From contig CM106585.1 of the NCBI GenBank assembly GCA_048013815.1, forward strand, positions 14,012,001-14,076,000: 64,000 bases of DNA, given 5' to 3'. Shown piece by piece: positions 38,293-49,595 of this stretch. Origin of the DNA: Setoptus koraiensis. Lineage: Eukaryota > Animalia > Arthropoda. The translations under genes and the position numbers were made by a program. The notes beneath the pieces were generated by a model. The model was given only the letters and a program-made list of their open reading frames with translations. It searched no databases and was not told where the DNA came from. How positions within the stretch are numbered: the stretch's first letter is position 1; every line of letters starts with the position of its first letter.

Positions 38293-41061
38293 ACCAACAA
38301 AAGCCAACAACCACGGGATATTCGTCCTGTCTTTGTCCCGTCTCTGGGCCATTAGTAACACAAAAAGGTCGTAAGTAATAATAATACTGTTAATAATGAG
38401 TTAACAGCAGTAGTAGTGGTAGTAAGTTAATAGTGGTGGCAGTCAAATTTTTATGAGAATTTAACGGTGAAGTGTCTTGGCAACAAACATACAGGTTAGC
38501 TTATGCTATTAATGGTTCTGATGTACGACTATCTCATCTACATTAACTACTATCCACTTGCTATACACCATGCAGTTTATGTGGGTACCACATACTACAT
38601 GTACAACATTTATAACAGTCAATAATCAAGATTATTTCAAATCCAATTGGCTGCCCATCCGACGTTTTAGAAAGCTCTATAAGTAGTCAACTCACTTTTC
38701 TCACCGTTATGTTTGCCATTTGCGCCGTTGGTATATTTTGACTAACCTCAGTTAGCCATTCGGCGAACCGTTGCGTAGACACAACTCATACAAATACTTG
38801 GATAGATTTATAAAAGGTGTCTAATCGAGCGCCATAAAATTTGATAAATCATCGTACAAGCATAGATAGTTGAGTCCCTATTCAAATATTTGTTGTGCTA
38901 TACTCTTTTGTTTCCTGTTGTTAACCATTGGCCCTTATTCTAACTATTCAATATTTTTTCCAATTAATGATTTCAATCAAATTTTTTCTACGTGATTTGC
39001 TAACAATGTTAACGTTCACTGCTCAAGACTTGAGTGATTATCTATTGGCTTTGAGGGAAACAAGTTAATGTTGACAATTATTCTATTAGTCAAATAAATT
39101 GTCTTGCTACAACTGACTGAAGCATTAGATCTTTCAACCCTATCAACTCAGCCAAAGAGAACTTGTCAACCGTTTTATCTTGATGCAATTACTGCTGATT
39201 TCGAGCTTGCCAGTGGCCAAATTATGGTTGCAAGTTGCAACTGCATCAACTAATGTGAATAAGCGCGTCGAGTTTCGCGTAGAAAATATTGTGTTTTATG
39301 GATTTTGCAAAACTATTGTCGAGCCGAACACTAAATTACAATCGGCATGCAAATCTGTCAAGTGATCATAATAATTCAAGTGCTTTATTAGCTTCTGTAA
39401 ATTCTTTTGTGTGAGTGCAAACCTGCAAGATAACCTCTCAGATGACTCTGCGGGTCTCATTAGAGAAATTTAATCATTGTTGTCATGAAAATGGATGCAC
39501 TTGATTGTAATCATGCGTACAAACGATACTACAACATACCAGCAAGCAGCATTATCATGAGTTTTGTATGAATCTCGAACTCACTTGATAATTAGTTCTC
39601 CGCCTAGTCAGCAGTGGTGATATATTATAATTGCGACAGGTATGCTTGAACATTTTGCACACAATCTATTTGTCATCGCCATAATGTATGACATGGTCGT
39701 CGATCATTTTGGACATCGACATCCTGATATAAAGCACACATACAGACTTATTATACGTGTGTATCTAATCTCTGGAGTCTTAGATTGTTTCGTTGTTGTT
39801 GTGGCCAGGATATTGATGATCTAACAACAACAACCTCATCTACAATCCGCATGTGTGTACGTACATTTAGAACAATATTTTCTATCAGTTTCCGCTTAAA
39901 GATGGCTTTATTCTTATTTTGGCAGCCTGAATTTGACACTAACATGCCAAGACACACGCATCTAACAAGATAAGCAGTGAACAGGTGAAAGATCCTGGTG
40001 GGCTTCCTCTTCTCACGGCTATTATGATTATTTACTGCTAGACAGTTGATTAGGCATTTTATTCATCCGCTTGCACAAGGAGCAACTGTGTTTGTGTGTG
40101 TGTGTTCTTTTCTTTCTCTCATTACTACCACTACATTGGCTAGGTACTTAAAATTCAATGTCATTCAATTTAGAAGAAACTAACGACGAATAATAGAAAT
40201 GAGCAAATAAGATTTATACACCGTTAGCACACAATAACAAAATGCAGAAGTAATTCTATTCCTGAATGGGTGGTGCTATCTGCTTATTAGTATTGTCATG
40301 TACGTCTAATTCAAATTGTTAGAAGCACCTCCCATGTCAGGTATACCGCACAGGTACATGTAATGTGGATAGAACTTCTTTGCCCAAGTCAAACATCCTG
40401 TCAAGAGTAGCTGCTTAAGAGGTAGTTAATCGGAAGTGATGATAATAGCAGTTTTAGAATTCATTAAGGATCAACAAAGCTAATTCTTGATCTCTCTATC
40501 TCGTGATAGCTCACAAAACGCGTTCTCTCTCCCTTTCTCTCTAACTATCTCTGTCTTTCAAAATTCCGCTTGTTCGAGGTTATCGTCACCTCAACTAACC
40601 ATAAACTGGCTATACTAATAAATTTATCTCTAAAAATTCATAGCTACAATCAGCCAAAGAGTGATGGCTTCGTTTCTTATCAATCTGTCTTATCTTGACA
40701 ACATCACCTCCTGAACACAAACCGGATGGGGTGGCTCTTTCTATTGTTGGGTGGCTGGCTACACACAAAACAAAACAATACCATGTTTAAGATCAACAAA
40801 AGACAGAAGGGCCGTGAGTTTAATACAATGTCAGGGGTGGTACTAGGAACCATCCTATTCCGATGTACCAAGTGCAGTGAGAGTGATTGAAAGAGGCAAT
40901 GTTATACCCATCAAGGACAATAATATATCCTCTTTCATGCGGTTTCAGACAGCGTTACATATCTATGAACTATGTATAGAGTTATATATCTAATTAGTAG
41001 ATTAGGTATTTTAACAGCTAGCCAGATGTTCTGGGCAGAATAATGAAGAACAAAAAGTTAG

Positions 41062-41069
41062 TATAAATA
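41062..41069 (+). promoter_or_regulatory. TATA box of the Gly-rich protein gene
   Basis: TATAAATA lies about 170 bp upstream of the ATG at 41232, followed by TCATT-like initiator candidates. Confidence 0.5.
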
Positions 41070-41231
41070 GAGTGGCGAATCATTCCAAAATCATCATTAG
41101 TGATCTGCTCCAAACAACAACAATCCTTCCAACCAACCACCAATAGCAACATTTCAAAGTTTGAAAACAAATTTGAAATAACTTTTAGTTAACTTTTAGC
41201 AAACAACCAACCACTACAAAAACCAATCAAA

Positions 41232-41879
41232 ATGAAGATTTTCGTAAGTGTCAATCGCCATCTTCAACACACCAGATCCCACACCCTGGTTACACAGTCG
41301 TTTAAACAATGCAACTAAACTAATCAAAATCACGATTTTTTTACACAACTCATAATAGGCTGTCACAGTTGCTATCATTGTCGTCTTGGCTCTAGTGTCT
41401 GAGGCTCTTGCCGGAGGTAAGATACAATACAACCACCAGCGTGAACACAACTATATTCAAGCTAAGATGTATTCTTAAAACTAACCAACAATTTCTTTGA
41501 ATTACTACCATAAATCACAGGATATGGCGGAGGCCGATCCAAGGGATACGGCGGAGGAGCCATGAAATCATCAGGTGGATCATCAGGTGGATACGGCGGA
41601 GGAGCCATGAAATCATCAGGAGGCTACGGTGGTATGGGTGGCGGATACGGCGGTGGAATGAGAGGAGGCCGATACGCAAGATCAGGAGGATACGGAGGAT
41701 CACGAGGAGGATCAGGAGGTTACGGCGGTATGGGTGGCGGCCGATCCAAGGGATACGGTGGCAAATCCGGAGGAGGACACGGTGGTTCGAGCGGAGGATA
41801 CGGCGGAAGCCGATCCAAGGGATACGGTGGTGGATCCCGTGGAGGTATGGGAGGAGGTCACGGAGGATACGGCAAATAA
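41232..41879 (+). CDS. Secreted glycine-rich protein; exons 41232-41243, 41359-41416, 41521-41879
   Basis: MKIF|AVTVAIIVVLALVSEALAG|GYGGGRSKGYGG... All four splice sites are canonical (introns 115 and 104 nt). Signal peptide is followed by GGY/GGS/GGM repeats ending HGGYGK*. Confidence 0.88.
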
Positions 41880-42417
41880 ACGCCTTAACTCGAAGCGATT
41901 TCCATCCGACTCCATGACCACTTTAGATAGACCACCACACTACTGTGCCTAAGAACACTCGCATCCTGAGAGGATCCGGTATAGACAGCTAGTTAGTGTT
42001 AGTGAAGCCAAGAAGGAGTGAAGGAAAAAATGATGATTTAATGTAAAATTTAATCCGACAACTAAGTGGTTATAGTCACTAAATTGATCACTTTTCTATT
42101 CAATAGAGTACAAAGAGCTGCTAGAAATTGAAAAATTGAGATTGTACTTTAATAGATATAGATAGATATATATACAACAAATGTAAACACACACATACAA
42201 AGTAAAATAAAAAAGTAAAGCATCACCTCGAAGTGGTGACTGCCCAAAAAACTACATCCAACAATTCCCTCAATATTCAGTTATTATTATCAATATCGAC
42301 ACAACCTTTAATACCCTTCATTGAAACAGATCTTCACTTTTGTTCATTGTATATAGAATATCTTCCCTACATAAATATTTCATGTAGATCTCATAATAGC
42401 TCATCGAGCTTACTTTA

Positions 42418-43836
42418 TTAGGTTGTTAGTTGTTCAATAGTTCTCCACTGTTCGCACTCTCTCCAACTCAAAATACTAAGCCCGTCCTTGGCCGCGATGG
42501 CTTTCAACAAGGGACTTATGGATTCATTAATGGGAACTATTTCTTGGTGACGTAGATAAATCAATAAATGGAAATCGCTTATGGCTTCTATAAATTGCGA
42601 GTTCAAATCAAATTGGTTGAGGTAAGACTGCAGTGACCCGAAATCCAAAATTTCTCTGTTGTTGATTGGGAAGGGTTTCTTATCAGGTAATGGATTGAAT
42701 CTTCTAGTTGGCGTCATGGGCGTAGCGACTGGAACATCAACTAATAAATATTCAATCGGTAGGGGACGGGCTAATTTTGTTATCTCATTCTTATAATTAT
42801 CTATCAATTTATAGTAGACATCTGGTACATATTGACCACTTGTAGATGTTCTAACATAACCTAATTCTGGTACATCCTTTGTGGGTAACATACAATTGTC
42901 GCGGACTAGAGCCATACATTGATTGGAGACTTGATACCCTTCCATGTGTATTTGATTGTTTTTATCACCAGTGACGCACACAGTAGCAAATTTAGAACCA
43001 AAATATCCATCTGAAGATAATGAGCAAGGATTAGGATGACGATTTTGTAGATAACCAGCAGTTATACACTCATGGGCGCTTAAGAAGAACGAATCTTTAC
43101 TCCTAATATATTCCACTGTACCATTATGCACATCCTTGGCAATTAAATCAGTAAAAATCCAACCCACTCTTCTGAGACCCAAATCTTTGGCTAATTGATC
43201 AACTGTCGCCTCATGAGGATCATACTTTATTTGAATATGATTTGCAGAACTGTCCTGAGGTGGTTCATATATAGCAACAACATTTGTTTTTATTCCCAAT
43301 GGAACACTTTCGTGAGCAGTGTAATAACCGTAAAGATAGCCTAATCGTTGATTGCCCGTTGTCCTCCAGTAATTGAGAAAATTATCAACAATTGAGGCGT
43401 TCTCGAATGTAATATTATCAACATGCCTGTATGGCTGCCTATTCAACGTGATGGCACTGGGCTGGCACTTAGTGCAAATACCCTCGGGCCAAGGTTTGTG
43501 AGCTATACATCCAGATTTTATGCGACAGCTGATATTCTCGAAAGGTGCGTATTTGCCTTTGTCGACACCTTGAGTCAGTTTTCTCATGTAGGCATGAAAG
43601 GACATGTGCTTAATATTATGTTTTTCCAAATAAGTTTGATCAAATGGTTGTATGGGTAAACAATTGATACATCTCGCCTGACCTCTATGACCGCAAGATG
43701 TCTGTTCTGGTGGCAATTGTATGAGTCCCGATTGTTTGCTGAGAAACTCATCTACTGAGTCTAGCTTATAGTCGTGCTGTTGCAATTTTTGATCCTGGAA
43801 CTGTTGCTGAAAGGTGCTAGAGTTCGGCTTGGCCAT
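42418..43836 (-). CDS. NPLOC4: Nuclear protein localization protein 4 homologue (p97/Cdc48 cofactor), intronless, 472 aa
   Basis: zf-NPL4 (CGHRGQARCINC, KHMSFHAY, HKPWPEGICTKCQPSAITLNRQPYRHVD) and MPN-like core (VGWIFTDL, FLSAHECITAG, SKFATVCVTG, EGYQVSNQCMALV, RPLPIEYLLVDVP). Confidence 0.97.
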   Translation of the reverse strand: MAKPNSSTFQQQFQDQKLQQHDYKLDSVDEFLSKQSGLIQLPPEQTSCGHRGQARCINCLPIQPFDQTYLEKHNIKHMSFHAYMRKLTQGVDKGKYAPFENISCRIKSGCIAHKPWPEGICTKCQPSAITLNRQPYRHVDNITFENASIVDNFLNYWRTTGNQRLGYLYGYYTAHESVPLGIKTNVVAIYEPPQDSSANHIQIKYDPHEATVDQLAKDLGLRRVGWIFTDLIAKDVHNGTVEYIRSKDSFFLSAHECITAGYLQNRHPNPCSLSSDGYFGSKFATVCVTGDKNNQIHMEGYQVSNQCMALVRDNCMLPTKDVPELGYVRTSTSGQYVPDVYYKLIDNYKNEITKLARPLPIEYLLVDVPVATPMTPTRRFNPLPDKKPFPINNREILDFGSLQSYLNQFDLNSQFIEAISDFHLLIYLRHQEIVPINESISPLLKAIAAKDGLSILSWRECEQWRTIEQLTT

Positions 43837-44524
43837 CGTTATTGATAACGACCTGTGTATGTCTAGGGGGTTGATAAGGCGTCTGGTCTTGGGCGGACTA
43901 CACTAGATTTTCTTATAGTACCCGTGGCCGACAACAGAGAATGTCTACAAGATATAAGCCAGCACAAGACTCAATCCGTGGTTGCTATGATCAATAATAG
44001 TATTGAATAATGACTATTCAACAATAGACAGTTTATATTGATAGAGATGGATGAGTGGATTCGGTTGACAACAGGCGATAATGAATGATTCAACAAAATC
44101 TATGATGATACCAATGCACTCATATGTTTCGTGAGCATGCGTGTTTGATGTAAGCGCGACATTCAACCATTATTGCCAGTCTTTTTGGCAGGTCCATTGA
44201 GATTGATGACTGTTGTTGATTTATATAGTTTATTATCGTATGATAGCAGGCGCCACTAACAACTGATAATACACGCTAGTTATAAACACTGGCAAACCTA
44301 CAAGCTCGCAATAGGAAGAATTAAGACCCGAATGGACCAAGTGGAATCAAAATGGGCGACACCTCGCGGTTACTTTTATCATGGTCACCGTGAAGCTCAT
44401 CTGTGTGCTTACTCACAGGTTTGTAAGTAAAGGCGAAACGATCAAGACATGCACGTGTTTGGCAGAGAAACGTTCAACATGGAATCATTAATATTCACCA
44501 CGAGCTGTCCACTATAATATAGTA

Positions 44525-45580
44525 ATGAAATTGTATCACAATGAGGTGGAATATACCATGGAAAAAGAACTTTCAGGAAAACAAACTCAACTACAAACAT
44601 TCAAATGTGTGATATTGAAAAAATTACAACCCAAGGACTTCGGAGTAGATAGTTTCGCAGGGCAGATCACATTGAGTGACTCCTGGATGAGACGTATCTA
44701 CAAGAGATCTCGCTACATTGACAGGGAGAAAGAAACAGATGACGGCCAAAATGTTTACTCACCGTCGAAACTTACCCTTCTAAACAACTATATCGAAAAG
44801 AGGAAAATCTCGCCTATGATAGAAAGAGTTCAACGCCCACCCCCAACCCTAAAACCAGAGGTTGCAGACTACACGCTTAACCCAGAGCTATTGAGGAACG
44901 AACTTAAGAATATTAAATACGATTACGATGATCTCCCCAAATTGACCCCAAGTGATTCAGTGAGGAAATGTGTAAAAAAATGCCGGAAGCAAGCGTTTGA
45001 TAAGTCACCACCAAAACTATATCCAGAAACGGACGGATTTGTGGACGATGTTGATATAATTGACTTTGCAGATCCAGATTATGTCCAAAACAAAAATCCC
45101 TCGCCGACTGCTAGTCTACATGCCTCAATTATTCACCACAAGTTGCGTAGGCGTAACCAATTCCCCCCGGACGATCTCCTAAGATGGTTGTCTGAAGATG
45201 GACCACCGACAAAAGCCTTAGATGACTGTAGATTCGTCACTGGTGAAGGTGTACCTAGGCTGGATTTACATGCGATACAAGCCCCTAGTATGATAACAGA
45301 ACTGGCGATAGATTCTATGAATAACCTTAAGCCCGAAGAGGAGGAGAAATTGAAACTTCTCACATCGGACAAAGACTACATGGATAGATTGATGAGGATA
45401 ATTGGTAAAGCCATCAACAAGACCCCCAATGATGAATTTTCGTCTAACGATCTTCCCAATGGTTATCATCAATGCGATGAAGGCCAACATAAGGATCATC
45501 GGAGTGTTAATAGCTCGAGCAACGTCGACAACTCTGAACGCTTTGATGCAAGCACGGACGACACTACTGTTGACCAATAG
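44525..45580 (+). CDS. Hypothetical protein, 351 aa, intronless, not recognised
   Basis: Long ORF in AT-rich DNA with ordinary amino-acid composition, head-to-head with NPL4. No family motif recognised. Confidence 0.7.
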   Translation: MKLYHNEVEYTMEKELSGKQTQLQTFKCVILKKLQPKDFGVDSFAGQITLSDSWMRRIYKRSRYIDREKETDDGQNVYSPSKLTLLNNYIEKRKISPMIERVQRPPPTLKPEVADYTLNPELLRNELKNIKYDYDDLPKLTPSDSVRKCVKKCRKQAFDKSPPKLYPETDGFVDDVDIIDFADPDYVQNKNPSPTASLHASIIHHKLRRRNQFPPDDLLRWLSEDGPPTKALDDCRFVTGEGVPRLDLHAIQAPSMITELAIDSMNNLKPEEEEKLKLLTSDKDYMDRLMRIIGKAINKTPNDEFSSNDLPNGYHQCDEGQHKDHRSVNSSSNVDNSERFDASTDDTTVDQ

Positions 45581-46148
45581 TTCTCAATTAAGAATTATGA
45601 AGCAATCAATACACATGTGTATATGTTACCCTATCAAAATAACTAAAACTGGCCCGTTTTTTAATTCATTATAAAAATTGGAGATTTGATGTCTCGTCAC
45701 TTCTGTATGTTTGTGCTATCTCAATATTTGGTATCTCAACAGTTGGTAGCAAATATGGTAGTTGCGAAAGTTTGCCTTTTGCCTGTTTATCTTTATTCAT
45801 TGTGAACAATAGCGAGAGACTACGAACAGAGGTGAAATCTGTCGAATCTGACGCCAAAAATTTCTACGCATGCTCAAGCGACCATAAACTAATATCGCGC
45901 CAATTCGCTGAGCAAAAGAAAACAACAAAGTTTTTTGCCTCTTGCTAATGCAACAATAAATAAGCACAGTGTTCCGCGCATTACATCGCAGCGGTCATCT
46001 ATCAATAGAACGATTCCGTTCCTTCAGTTGTCCACAACTATTCTCGTCACAAATCGATGGTTATTATTGATAACAGAAATACTGTAAAATTTATCTACCA
46101 CGAATCTCAGATATCAATCCTTGACCGGCTCTCCCAGCTAAAATCATA

Positions 46149-47189
46149 ATGAGTGAATTACTAGAACGTGGTGAGCAGATGGATGATGACAAGATTGTCA
46201 TCCAGGCTCAGCCCATAGCCAAATTGTTGGACACATCAGGATCGTCTGGTATTAGCGAAGGTGACATCAAGAAATTGGTTGAGTCAGGATTTCACACAGT
46301 TGAATCTGTTGCATATGCAACAAAAAAGATGCTATGTGAGGTGAAAGGAATATCAGAAACCAAGGCAGAGAAGCTACTGGCCGAATGTATGAAACGAACT
46401 AGCATGGGCTTCACCACAGCTACAGAATTTCAAGCAAAACGTTCAGAGATGATACAAATCACCACCGGATCGAGGGCGTTAGACTCATTACTGGACGGCG
46501 GCATTGAGACTGGATCAATAACGGAACTGTTCGGTGAATTCAGAACGGGAAAATCACAACTCTGTCATACTCTTGCTGTCACATGCCAACTGCCAATTGA
46601 TCACGGTGGAGGCGAAGGAAAGTGTCTTTACATAGACACTGAAGGTACATTCAGACCCAACAGACTCATGGATATAGCGGAGGCATACAAACTAAAACCT
46701 GACGAGGTGCTCGACAACGTTGCTGTGGCCAGATGTTATAATACCGATCACCAGACTCGTCTATTGTACGAAGCTGCCGCTATGATGGCAGAATCTCGAT
46801 ACTCACTAATCATAGTGGACAGTGCCACAGCTTTATATAGGACCGACTTTTTTGGAAGAAGCGAGCTGTCAGCGAGACAAATGCACTTGGGAAGATTCCT
46901 TCGGATGCTCCTTCGTCTCTGTGATGAGTATGGTGTGGCTTGCGTAATAACCAACCAAGTTGTAGCCCAAGTGGACGGCTCTGCCGGAATGTTCAATCCG
47001 GATCCGAAGAAACCCATAGGCGGTAACATTATTGCTCATGCCTCCACAACAAGACTCTATCTCAAGAAAGGCAAAGGAGAGAATCGTGTGTGTAAGATTT
47101 ACGACTCTCCTTGTCTACCTGAAGGAGAGGCTACTTTTGCAATCACCAAGGCAGGTATCAAGGACGCCAAAGAGACCAAAGAAAAGTAG
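46149..47189 (+). CDS. RAD51: DNA repair protein RAD51, intronless, 346 aa
   Basis: Walker [20 protein letters not shown], Walker [28 protein letters not shown] and [16 protein letters not shown]. Confidence 0.99.
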   Translation: MSELLERGEQMDDDKIVIQAQPIAKLLDTSGSSGISEGDIKKLVESGFHTVESVAYATKKMLCEVKGISETKAEKLLAECMKRTSMGFTTATEFQAKRSEMIQITTGSRALDSLLDGGIETGSITELFGEFRTGKSQLCHTLAVTCQLPIDHGGGEGKCLYIDTEGTFRPNRLMDIAEAYKLKPDEVLDNVAVARCYNTDHQTRLLYEAAAMMAESRYSLIIVDSATALYRTDFFGRSELSARQMHLGRFLRMLLRLCDEYGVACVITNQVVAQVDGSAGMFNPDPKKPIGGNIIAHASTTRLYLKKGKGENRVCKIYDSPCLPEGEATFAITKAGIKDAKETKEK

Positions 47190-47254
47190 AGTAATCAGTC
47201 TCGAGTGTTTTCTGTGTGTTACAATTGTCAAGCTAGTATTTAAATTTTATTAGA

Positions 47255-48583
47255 TTATAACGATTCAGCCACGAGTTCCTCCGCAGATGCCTTGCTATCG
47301 ACTTCCATCTCATCGCTCTTTTGTGTTTCCACAGGCGGTTGTACAGATTTTATCTCTGTCAGCTTCACAATTGTTGCTTTTATACTGTCTGCCAATGGCC
47401 CGTTGTATGCTTTGTCGGCTGATAAATCTAGTTGAACAAATTGTCTTAGAGTCCCTCCTAGAGAACGTTGGGGATTGACTACTAGACATCCGTTAACTTC
47501 CTTGTGAAAGCACACCAGTCTGCTGGGCGCAATAAGTATGTGAGGACAACGTCCTAGCTTATACGACTTCATCAAAACAGAATAATCCACAGATACATCG
47601 GGTTTTGGGGGGTAGATAGGGTACATGTTAGCCTGATTAAGAATGTGTCTACTTAACAGAACCATCCGGTCATTAGTACATCTGTTTATTGTCACTTCGC
47701 TTGAACTTAAATGAAATAGAACGTCGACGGAAGTGACACTAACAGTTAGGCCGTCGAGGTTTAGATGTGATGGATCTGATATCGGAATTATTTTCAAATT
47801 ACATTTCTTTTTGTCTTTCGTGATTGATTTTATAGATAATTCTGGACACGGATAGATGTTGGCGGATATCATGGATTCGCACATGAGTTCTCTGGGTGAC
47901 GAGACCAGATATAGAGTGCAAGTTAAATCTTTTAGCGCTGTATAAATTTGAGTGACGAACGCATTCAAATCTTCAGTGAATTCTTTTGGTGACTTCAGAA
48001 GTTTCTCTTTGTTCTCTGAGTTGACGAATGGTCCAATGAGAATAGTATGCGAGGGTTCGGCTTTTTTGCATGCTTCCAACAGAGTGCTCAATGATTTATT
48101 ATTGATATCGCCATTTTCGTTGTAGTCGACAAAGGGACCAGAAGCTACAATTATACGAATATTCTGAGTGAGGGTGAATTCGTCATCTGGGAAAGGAGGT
48201 TGAATCGTTTGAGGATCAATCATGTTTCTGACAATCAAATGTTTGCTCCTTTCGTAGCTTGGTCGGCCAGCAAAAGCAATTATTTGACCTGGGAAGAATG
48301 AGAACTCTTGCGAGACTTCGCTTAGATCGACAGTAACTTTTGCGTTATCAGTGAGAGATTGGGAACCTCTGATGGGAAGCTCTTTGATATCCAAAAGGCT
48401 TTGTCCATCGTTCCAAACCATTCCTATGTAGTGGACATCTGTGCCTGATTTCACGCTTTCATCAAAACGATCAAATGCCTTTATTTGAGGGCACGCATCA
48501 AGGTAGCGGTAGGCATGTTCATCGATTAAAGCATCGAAATGACTTTTCACCGATGAGGCATAATTAGTCCTAAACTTAAACAT
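47255..48583 (-). CDS. POLA2: DNA polymerase alpha subunit B (p70/Pol12), OB fold plus phosphoesterase-like core, 442 aa
   Basis: Motifs VDLSEV..FSFFPGQIIAFAG, IIVASGPF, ILIGPFV, LSRHILNQANMYPIYPP, PHILIAPSRL..F and GCLVVNP. Confidence 0.93.
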   Translation of the reverse strand: MFKFRTNYASSVKSHFDALIDEHAYRYLDACPQIKAFDRFDESVKSGTDVHYIGMVWNDGQSLLDIKELPIRGSQSLTDNAKVTVDLSEVSQEFSFFPGQIIAFAGRPSYERSKHLIVRNMIDPQTIQPPFPDDEFTLTQNIRIIVASGPFVDYNENGDINNKSLSTLLEACKKAEPSHTILIGPFVNSENKEKLLKSPKEFTEDLNAFVTQIYTALKDLTCTLYLVSSPRELMCESMISANIYPCPELSIKSITKDKKKCNLKIIPISDPSHLNLDGLTVSVTSVDVLFHLSSSEVTINRCTNDRMVLLSRHILNQANMYPIYPPKPDVSVDYSVLMKSYKLGRCPHILIAPSRLVCFHKEVNGCLVVNPQRSLGGTLRQFVQLDLSADKAYNGPLADSIKATIVKLTEIKSVQPPVETQKSDEMEVDSKASAEELVAESL

Positions 48584-49595
48584 GGTTTCTATATGGTTGG
48601 GGATAATAGTAGGGGAAATTTCGATCCGCTAATGAAATTGTTTTCTCATGGCTCGACACAAAAATTGGAGGCACTTTATTGTTTCAAAAGCAACTGTTGA
48701 ATGCCGCACTTTCTCTTTATCCGAACAGCGCCAAATTTGAAAGAGGAAGGTGCAAAAAACCGTGATTGATCCGCGTGATCTTGGTACCAGATTGAGTCCC
48801 GGATGTTTCACATAATGAATTAACAGGTTGTGCAATCGAACTTCGAAAACAATAGTGAGGTATCTCTTTTCAAATGTAATCTAATGATCATAGTCTTTCT
48901 GATCGATGATACGTTTCCATCGTCAAGATGTTCACGATGATGCAATCAAAATTAAAGATCAAAAGATGAAGACAACCACGGCAATTCATGCTGCCCTGAA
49001 TAGAGAAAAGCCTTCATTGACAAAACATTCGCCATTGTTAATTGTTGAAAGTTCCAGATGTTGCCATGGAACGCACGATTTAACGTGTCACAGATCTAAC
49101 CAGACAAACAAAAGTTATTTCGATTACGTAACAAGTTCGAAAAACGCGCTAAGGTAATGTGCTGAACTTGTACACAAGAGGTCAGCTGATATAGCACTGC
49201 ACCAATAGCTGTCTGCTGTATGTTGTGACTTGGTGCTCAACAGCGAGCGACAGGTAAAATTGAAACCATACTATAAAAAGAACAAAAATAGACAGATAAA
49301 ATAACTTCATTGTCATTAATATTATTCTATGCACCATCATAGATTCTTTAGCAATTATACATGTATAATTGTACACATTCATACATGATGTGAACTAAAC
49401 TCTTTTACAGCACCATCATTTCCAAAAATTAATCAGTCCGTAGATCTTATGTGATACATCATTGATTGTCATATTATTACTATCACCATTATTATTCGTA
49501 AATTCACATTGATATATTCTTCATTCGTTAGGCCCCAGGAATCACTTTTACCAAGCTTCAATCAACGAACTGATCTAGCTCTACATACAACAAAA

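Noticed and set aside
45669-45857. Short minus-strand ORF between the orphan gene and RAD51
   Set aside because: Only 43 aa from the first ATG, no motif, and probably UTR or promoter sequence.
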